Origin: an uncultured Gemmatimonadaceae bacterium | GTDB taxonomy: Bacteria; Gemmatimonadota; Gemmatimonadetes; Gemmatimonadales; Gemmatimonadaceae | Direction: 5' to 3' | Assembly: GCA_963716745.1 (NCBI GenBank) | Contig: OY970320.1 | Span: forward strand, 2,336,001-2,400,000 | DNA: 64,000 nt | Shown here: piece by piece, positions 57,862 to 64,000 of the stretch | Numbering within the stretch: position 1 is the stretch's first letter | Layout: every line of letters starts with the position of its first letter | The notes under the pieces: generated by a model | What the model was told of the DNA's origin: nothing | Seen by the model: only the letters and a program-made list of their open reading frames with translations | Databases searched by the model: none | Program-made: the position numbers and the translations under genes

Positions 57862-57874
57862 AGTTCGTCGCTGT

Positions 57875-58273
57875 TTATCCCCCGACAGTGAACGTCTTCG
57901 TCGCGAGCACGGCGCCCGTGGCATCCAGCACCGTCACCTTCCACTCGCCGGTCCAGTCGGCGGGGATGGTCTTGCGGCTGTACGTGCGCCATGGCGAGCC
58001 GCTGACGTTGAGCGTCACGGTGTCGGTGTGCGGGCCGTGGCTCCAGACGTGCATGATCTTGCTTCCCGATGCGCCGCTGACGTTGCTCAGCGCGACGAGC
58101 ATGCCGACACTCGCTGGAAACGTCGAGCCGGTGTCGGTAACTGCGCGGTTCTCGAGCGTCTTGCCGACCACGACGTCCGCCATGATGGTCGGGGCCGGCG
58201 CTGAGGCTGGCGCTTGCACGGCCGCCATGAGTGCCACGACGCCGATGAGGGCCAGCAACTTGCCTGTGCGCAT
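57875..58273 (-). CDS. DUF2914-like exported protein
   Basis: Signal peptide; HVW...WRTYSRK.I....GEWKV. Confidence 0.75.
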   Translation of the reverse strand: MRTGKLLALIGVVALMAAVQAPASAPAPTIMADVVVGKTLENRAVTDTGSTFPASVGMLVALSNVSGASGSKIMHVWSHGPHTDTVTLNVSGSPWRTYSRKTIPADWTGEWKVTVLDATGAVLATKTFTVGG

Positions 58274-58301
58274 GAGATGATCTCCGAAGAGGTTCGGGGC
58301 A

Positions 58302-58337
58302 GTCTAACGTCTAGGTCTAACGTCTCAGTCTGCAGTT
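58302..58337. repeat. Family C half element
   Basis: GTCTAACGTCTAGGTCTAACGTCTCAGTCTGCAGTT abutting the cytochrome c stop. Confidence 0.75.
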
Positions 58338-59179
58338 CAGCTCCCAAGCCCGTGCAAATACGCGTAGACCGCGGCGATCTCGGAGTCGGTGAATTGCGAG
58401 AACTGCTCCTTCGCCACCTCCGACATCGTCGGGAGCTTCGGATTCCCCGGTGCGACGCCGGTGCGCATCAACGTCGCGAACTCCCCCGGGGAGAATCCCT
58501 TCACGATGCGGAGGTCCGGCGTCGGCATGAATCCGTCGCCCCGCAGCTGCGCGCCATGGCATTCGGTGCAGGTGGTCTGGACGAGGTAGCGGCCGCGCTC
58601 GGCCAACGAATCGGTGGCGGCGGGCAGCGGCAGCCACCCCGAGATGATCTGCGGCTGCGTCCTGAATTTTCCCGCGACGACGCCGAAGCGCCCGAGCGGC
58701 CCCATCGCCAGGCCCGGTTCGAATCCATCGACAGCTGGCACGCTGCGCACGTACGCCAGGATATGAGCGAGATCGGCATCGGTCAGATACTGGAACGTGG
58801 CGGCCGGCATCGCGAACACGCCGCGCCCGCCGGGGCGCATGCCGTGGCGCATGATCTGCGCCAGTTGGGCATCGCTGTACCGTTTGACGCTGTGCGTGAG
58901 GTTGGGCGCGATGAGCCGCGCGACGCCCTTCTGATCGAAGAAGTTCGTGCCCTGCAGTTGCTTGCCATGGCACCCTTCACATCCGCGGATGACCGCCAAT
59001 CGGTGTCCCTCGGCGATCGACGCCGAGTCCGTGGGAAGCACCAGCGCGACGGCCGCGGGCTCGGGCCACACTCTGTTGATCTTCTTCTCGGAGATCAGGT
59101 AGATCGCGGTGTACGCGATGATCGCGAGCACGACCACGCTCGTCGCCGCAATGCGCAGCCATTTCAACGCACCGCTCAT
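58337..59179 (-). CDS. Membrane-anchored diheme cytochrome c
   Basis: CEGCH and CTECH; APNLT; N-terminal TM. Confidence 0.9.
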   Translation of the reverse strand: MSGALKWLRIAATSVVVLAIIAYTAIYLISEKKINRVWPEPAAVALVLPTDSASIAEGHRLAVIRGCEGCHGKQLQGTNFFDQKGVARLIAPNLTHSVKRYSDAQLAQIMRHGMRPGGRGVFAMPAATFQYLTDADLAHILAYVRSVPAVDGFEPGLAMGPLGRFGVVAGKFRTQPQIISGWLPLPAATDSLAERGRYLVQTTCTECHGAQLRGDGFMPTPDLRIVKGFSPGEFATLMRTGVAPGNPKLPTMSEVAKEQFSQFTDSEIAAVYAYLHGLGS

Positions 59180-60489
59180 TTCTTGCCCTTGGAATCGGAG
59201 TCGCTGTCGAGCATGCCGCCCTTCGCGACCATCTGCGCCGCGAGCACGGTGCGGATCACCTGTGTGATGTCGTTCGCGGTCGTTTCGGGCGCGCCTTTCT
59301 CGCCGCCGCTCGAGAACGTGATGAACTTCGCATCGCTCAACGCCGCCGCGATCGCGGGCATGATGGTCGGTATCATCTCGATCTGCCGGTAGCGGAAGTA
59401 CGCTTCGCCGCCGGCCTGGATCGCCTGGTTCACCCGCTGAATACTCTCGGCGGTCGCCTCGGCCACCTTCCTGATCTTGATCGCGTCGGCGTCGGCGCTC
59501 GCCTCGGCCTCGAGACGCACCTTCGCGGCGTCGGCCTTCGCCTGCGCGATCTGCGTGGCGTCCAGCTCGGCTTCACGCTGCAGACCCGAGGCTTGCTGTC
59601 TCTTGGCCTCCGCCTCGGCGATGAGCGCGGCGTTGCTGGCCTTGGTCTGCTCGAGTTCGCGCTGCTTGTCGCTGATGGCGCGCTCGGCGTCGAGCTGCGC
59701 TTCTTTCGCGCGGCGCGACTGCATGGCGGCCACGATCTCGGCGTTCGCGCTCGCTTCCGCGGCCGATTGCCGGCGCCGTGCTTCCGCGACTTCCGACTGC
59801 ACGATCTTGATGTTCAGCGAATTGAAGATGAGGCCGAGATCGGTGAGTTCGCGCGAGCACGCCTTGCGAATGATCACCGCGAGCGGATCGTCATCATCTT
59901 CGATCGACGTTCCGCTGGCGTCGGTGTGCATCACCGGCGCGGGAGGCGGCGCGACGCGCACGGGTGCGGTGCCGGCGGGGCCGGGGAGGAGCGCGCGCGA
60001 TGCGCTCGGCGTGGCCTTGGCCGAGAACAATTGGTCGTGCGACAGCAGGTTGATCGCGCGGCGGCCCGAGCTGGAGAGCAGATCGGTGAGCGTGCTCACC
60101 TGGTCGGCCTCGCGCTTGGAGAAGAAGCGATTGGCGGCGGTCTTGATCAGCGTATCGGTGTCGCCCACGGAGACGATCGCGCTCGCGAGCACGCGCACCT
60201 TGATCGGGCGCGGCGTGCCGTTCTCGTCGATGTCGGAGGTCTGGTCGGTGATGTCGAGGTCGACGTTGATGACCTTGCTCGAGATCGTGGTGCCGGTGGT
60301 GAAGAGCGGGATCTCCTTGGATTTCCCGGGCCCGCGGTAGATGATCGTGCCGCCGCCGAGCCAGCTGACGAGGCGGATCTCACCGGCGTCCACATCGCGC
60401 AGGAACTTCGACACGATGAGGGGCACGGCTACGAGCACGAAGACGAGGACGCCGGCAATGATCACGCCGCTCGACATGAGCGAATCCAT
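59176..60489 (-). CDS. Flotillin/SPFH family protein
   Basis: N-terminal TM, band-7-like domain, Ala/Glu coiled coil; adjacent NfeD-like gene. Confidence 0.8.
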   Translation of the reverse strand: MDSLMSSGVIIAGVLVFVLVAVPLIVSKFLRDVDAGEIRLVSWLGGGTIIYRGPGKSKEIPLFTTGTTISSKVINVDLDITDQTSDIDENGTPRPIKVRVLASAIVSVGDTDTLIKTAANRFFSKREADQVSTLTDLLSSSGRRAINLLSHDQLFSAKATPSASRALLPGPAGTAPVRVAPPPAPVMHTDASGTSIEDDDDPLAVIIRKACSRELTDLGLIFNSLNIKIVQSEVAEARRRQSAAEASANAEIVAAMQSRRAKEAQLDAERAISDKQRELEQTKASNAALIAEAEAKRQQASGLQREAELDATQIAQAKADAAKVRLEAEASADADAIKIRKVAEATAESIQRVNQAIQAGGEAYFRYRQIEMIPTIMPAIAAALSDAKFITFSSGGEKGAPETTANDITQVIRTVLAAQMVAKGGMLDSDSDSKGKK

Positions 60490-60516
60490 ACAGAGAGCTC
60501 CCGGAGAGTGAGACGG

Positions 60517-61116
60517 TTAAACGAGCGACACGGTGCAGCGATTCCGCGCGGCGTCCACCTGCTCAATGCGCACGCGCGTGCCGGCCGGTACGCGGGTGTT
60601 GAGCGCGAGATCGGTCTTCTGGAGCGTGCCGAGGATCTGCACGAGCTGGCCGTCGACTTCGATGGCGACGAGCCCTTGCCCGTTCTTGTCGAAATTGCTC
60701 GCGACCGTGGCCTCGCTGCCGAGTGCGCTCTCGAGCGTAAGGGCGGGCGCGGACTCGAAGCGGAGCGCCTGATTCCAGAGGGGCGCGACGATGAGGCGTT
60801 CGAAGATGAGCCCGCCCACTGCCGCGGCGGCGAGGAGCAACGTGCCGCTGAAGTATCGCTGCATGAATACGCCGCTCGTGCCGATCCCGAGACAGAGCGC
60901 GAACAGGATGCGCGGCGAGACGAGCGCCGAGAGCGACTTGGAGGCGGATTCCTTGATGGACGGATGATGCGCGCCGCCGTGGGCGTGCCCGTGGGCTGCG
61001 TGCCCGTGGCCGGCGTGGCTCGCGTGCCCGCGGGCACCGTGGCGAGCGCCACCCACGAAGGCCATGGCCGCGAGGCCAAGTCCGCCGAGGACCAACAACA
61101 ACATGTAGGGGTCCAT
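60517..61116 (-). CDS. NfeD-like membrane protein with His-rich loop
   Basis: TM helices, His-rich stretch, C-terminal OB-like G.V...G motif; upstream of flotillin. Confidence 0.7.
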   Translation of the reverse strand: MDPYMLLLVLGGLGLAAMAFVGGARHGARGHASHAGHGHAAHGHAHGGAHHPSIKESASKSLSALVSPRILFALCLGIGTSGVFMQRYFSGTLLLAAAAVGGLIFERLIVAPLWNQALRFESAPALTLESALGSEATVASNFDKNGQGLVAIEVDGQLVQILGTLQKTDLALNTRVPAGTRVRIEQVDAARNRCTVSLV

Positions 61117-61153
61117 GGGGGATACGCTATGACGCGAACGACGACGGCGGAAG

Positions 61154-61277
61154 GGCGGACTGTCGGCTGTCGGCTGTTGCGTGCGAACTGCTCGACCGCC
61201 GGGCTGGCGACAGCCGACAGCCAACAGCCCGTCGTTCGAGTAGTCTAACGTCCCAGTCTAGAGTCTAAGTCTGCAGT
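61154..61277. repeat. Family B hairpin plus family C arm
   Basis: GACTGTCGGCTGTCGGCTGTTGC / GCGACAGCCGACAGCCAACAGCCC then GTCTAACGTCCCAGTCTAGAGTCTAAGTCTGCAGTT. Confidence 0.85.
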
Positions 61278-61336
61278 TGGTTAGATTTAGAACTCTGCAA
61301 CAAACACTTTAGTTCGCTCCAAAGAGACCCCCAAAA

Positions 61337-62485
61337 ATGCGAATGCTCGTCCTTGGGGCCGGCCTTCAGGGTTCGGCCTGTGCCTATGATCTGCTCCAGA
61401 ATCCCGATGTGAAGGAGGTCCGGCTCGCGGATCTGCACATCACGCACCTGCCGGAATTCCTCGCGCCGTATTCGGGGAAGCGGCTCATCCCGACGCCGCT
61501 CGACGTGCGCGACCGCGATGCGGTGCTCGCGCTGATGAAGGAATCGGACGCGGTGATGAGCGCGATCCCGTACTACTTCAATCTCGATCTCGCGAAGCTC
61601 GCGGTGGAAGCGGGCACGAACTTCTGCGACCTGGGCGGCAACACCGAGATCGTCTTCCAGCAGAAGCAGCTGAGCGAGAAGGCGGCGGCGAAGGGGAAGA
61701 CGATCATCCCCGACTGCGGCCTCGCGCCGGGCATGGTGAACATCCTGGCGCAGCACGGCATCAGCAAGCTCGACAGCGTGAACAGCGTGAAGATCTTCGT
61801 GGGCGGGCTGCCGCAGCATCCGGAGCCGCCGCTCAACTATCAGATCGTCTATTCGCTGGAGGGCGTGCTCGATTATTACACGACGCTCTCATGGGTCGTG
61901 CGCGACGGCAAGCGCACGCAGGTGAAGGCGCTCTCCGAGCGCGAGCCGGTGGAGTTCCCGAATCCGGTGGGGATGCTCGAAGCGTTCCACACCGCGGGCG
62001 GGCTGACCACCATGGCGTGGCGTTACGAGGGGAAGATCCCGAGCATGGAATACAAGACGCTCCGGTATCCCGGGCATGCGCACATCATGGAAGCCATTCG
62101 TGAGCTGGGACTGCTCGATCTCGCGCCGGTGGATGTGAAGGGGACGAAAGTGATCCCGCGCGATGTGACCGTGGCGACGATGGGCCCGCGGCTCACGAAG
62201 CCGACGGGGCGCGATCTCGTGGCGCTGCGCGTGGTGGTGGACGGCATGAAAGCCGGCAAGTCCGCGAGAGTGGGCTGGGAGCTGATCGCATACTACGACG
62301 AAGCGCGCGGCATTTCCGCGATGATGCAGACGACGGGCTATTCACTCTCGATCACCGGGCAGATGCAGGCGCGCGGCGAGATCAAGCCGGCGGGTGTGCA
62401 TACGCCGGATGAGTGTGTTCCGGCGGACGAGTACATCGCGGCGCTGGATAAGCGGGGCGTGCACATCAAGGAGATGAAGTTCTAA
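61337..62485 (+). CDS. Saccharopine dehydrogenase / lysine 6-dehydrogenase family
   Basis: LGAGLQG, DLGG, DCGLAPG, VGGLP, YKTLRYPGH. Confidence 0.88.
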   Translation: MRMLVLGAGLQGSACAYDLLQNPDVKEVRLADLHITHLPEFLAPYSGKRLIPTPLDVRDRDAVLALMKESDAVMSAIPYYFNLDLAKLAVEAGTNFCDLGGNTEIVFQQKQLSEKAAAKGKTIIPDCGLAPGMVNILAQHGISKLDSVNSVKIFVGGLPQHPEPPLNYQIVYSLEGVLDYYTTLSWVVRDGKRTQVKALSEREPVEFPNPVGMLEAFHTAGGLTTMAWRYEGKIPSMEYKTLRYPGHAHIMEAIRELGLLDLAPVDVKGTKVIPRDVTVATMGPRLTKPTGRDLVALRVVVDGMKAGKSARVGWELIAYYDEARGISAMMQTTGYSLSITGQMQARGEIKPAGVHTPDECVPADEYIAALDKRGVHIKEMKF

Positions 62486-62612
62486 CTGCAGGATATCGGC
62501 TGTCTGGGCCGCAGGGACATTCGGGGCCTCCAGAGTTACTTCGGGGGCCCTTCTTGCTTCCTATAGAGGGGAGCGGCAAGCTCCTCGCGACCCAACTCAA
62601 TCGGAGATCTTC

Positions 62613-63265
62613 ATGACGGGGCCATCCGGGCTGCAGTTCGACAAGGTGGAAGGCGGCGGTTCGATGACGTGCGTCATGTGCAAGTCGAAGATCACCGACG
62701 CGTACTATCAACTGAACGGCAGACCGATCTGCGCATCGTGCAAGGTGAAAGCCGACGCACAGATCGCGGATATCAAAGCGCGAGGCACCAGCCCCGGCGC
62801 GATGTCGAGAGCCGTGATCTTCGGAGTGGGCGCGGCGATCGCCGGTGCGATCGTCTATTTCGCGGTGGCTGCGTATGCGCATCTCGAGATCGGGATCATC
62901 GCGGTCGCGATCGGATACATGGTCGGTTCGGCGATGCGCAAAGCGACCGGGGGTGTCGGCGGCCGTCGCTACCAGATCATCGCGGTCGTGCTGACGTACC
63001 TGTCGGTCGCGGCGGCGTACGCCGCGCTCGGCAATCAGAGGTCGCCGCCGATTCGGAGCTCACCTCGGCCATGATCACGAGGTTGCTCATCATCTCGCCG
63101 GCGCTTCCGCTCATCGTGGTGTTCAAGTCGGGTGCGGGTGGCATCCTCACCGCGATCATCATCGGCGTCGGACTGATGCAGGCGTGGCGCATGACGGCGG
63201 GCGCCGTATTCAAGATCAGCGGGCCGTACAAGATCGGGGCGGCGCCGCGCGCCGCGTCAACGTAG
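62613..63265 (+). CDS. Hypothetical membrane protein with N-terminal zinc ribbon (frameshift near 63040)
   Basis: CVMC..CASC, then several TM helices across ORFs 62613-63074 and 62669-63265. Confidence 0.65.
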
Positions 63266-63268
63266 CAG

Positions 63269-64000
63269 GTGCCGACACTCGATCCGCTGAGCGCGTCGCG
63301 CTGTGCGAACTGTGGGACGGAGCTGCCGCCGCATGCCCTGAGCTGCGGCGTGTGCGGCACGCTCGTGTACGCAGCGAAGCTGAAGGAGCTCGCCGCCACC
63401 GCCGAGCGCGCCGCCGCGGCTGGTGACCTCGGCGCCGCGCGCGCCGCGTGGGAGAGCGCGCTGCGCTGGCTTGCCGCAGGGCTCGCACAGTATCGACGAT
63501 CCAGCAGCACGTCGCCGAACTCACGAAGCAAGGCGCGGGACGCCGGCGCCGGCAGCGGCGCACAGGATAACGCGGCCATGGTGGAAGCGCGGCGCGGCCG
63601 GACTCGTCGCGATCGTCGTGCTGGCGCTGAGCAAGCTGAAATTCCTCCTGCTCGGACTCACGAAGATCGGCACGCTGGTGTCGATGTTCGCGATTCTTCG
63701 CGATCTATTGGGCCATCTACGGCTGGCCGCTGGCGCTCGGGCTCCTGCTCTCGATCTACATCCATGAGATGGGTCACGTGGCGGAGATCCGCAGGGAGGG
63801 CATCATCGCGGGGGCGCCACTTTTCATGCCGGGTCTCGGCGCGTTCATCATGCTGAGGACTCACATCACCGATCCCAAGGCTCGACGCGCGGATCGGACT
63901 CGCCGGACCGGTGTGGGGTCTTGGAGCGGCACTCGCGGCGTACGCGGTTTTCCTCTACACGGGCATTCCGGTATGGGGAGCGATCGCGCAGCTCGGCGCG
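63269..64000 (+). CDS. Site-2 protease (M50) with N-terminal zinc ribbon, frameshifted and truncated by the window end
   Basis: CANC..CGVC; downstream IHEMGH, F.PG.GA, LAGP read across frames. Confidence 0.8.

Overview
High-GC bacterial chromosomal window. Gene content and style suggest Gemmatimonadota (inference). It opens with two tandem, Sec-exported RHS/YD-repeat proteins (1-10.6 kb). They have different C-terminal tips, and each sits behind the same palindrome plus sigma54 (-24/-12) promoter module. Next is a four-gene operon: two Ddl-like ATP-grasp ligases, a GNAT and a KamA-type radical SAM aminomutase. The rest is mostly housekeeping: thyX, ppk2, TPP riboswitch-thiC-thiS-thiG, hbd, thiolase, leuB-like, rnhA, an orphan adenine MTase, ECF sigma/anti-sigma, sucB-lpdA, gyrA, DGC-Ser/Thr kinase, NfeD-flotillin. 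The most striking unexplained structure is a set of at least 8 families of short inverted-repeat elements built from 6/7/9/13/21-nt periodic units. They begin at an AACNRC motif fused to stop codons, nest inside each other and around terminators, and occur in frame in the SucB linkers. One family (CAGTCAA heptamer arms) brackets a four-helix-bundle (IVP/Avd-like) gene at 14.87-15.50 kb and recurs without the gene at 24.28-24.48 kb. This suggests a cargo-carrying element plus a gene-less derivative, with no transposase in view. Many genes, including essential ones, carry single-base frameshifts, most likely long-read assembly indels rather than pseudogenes.
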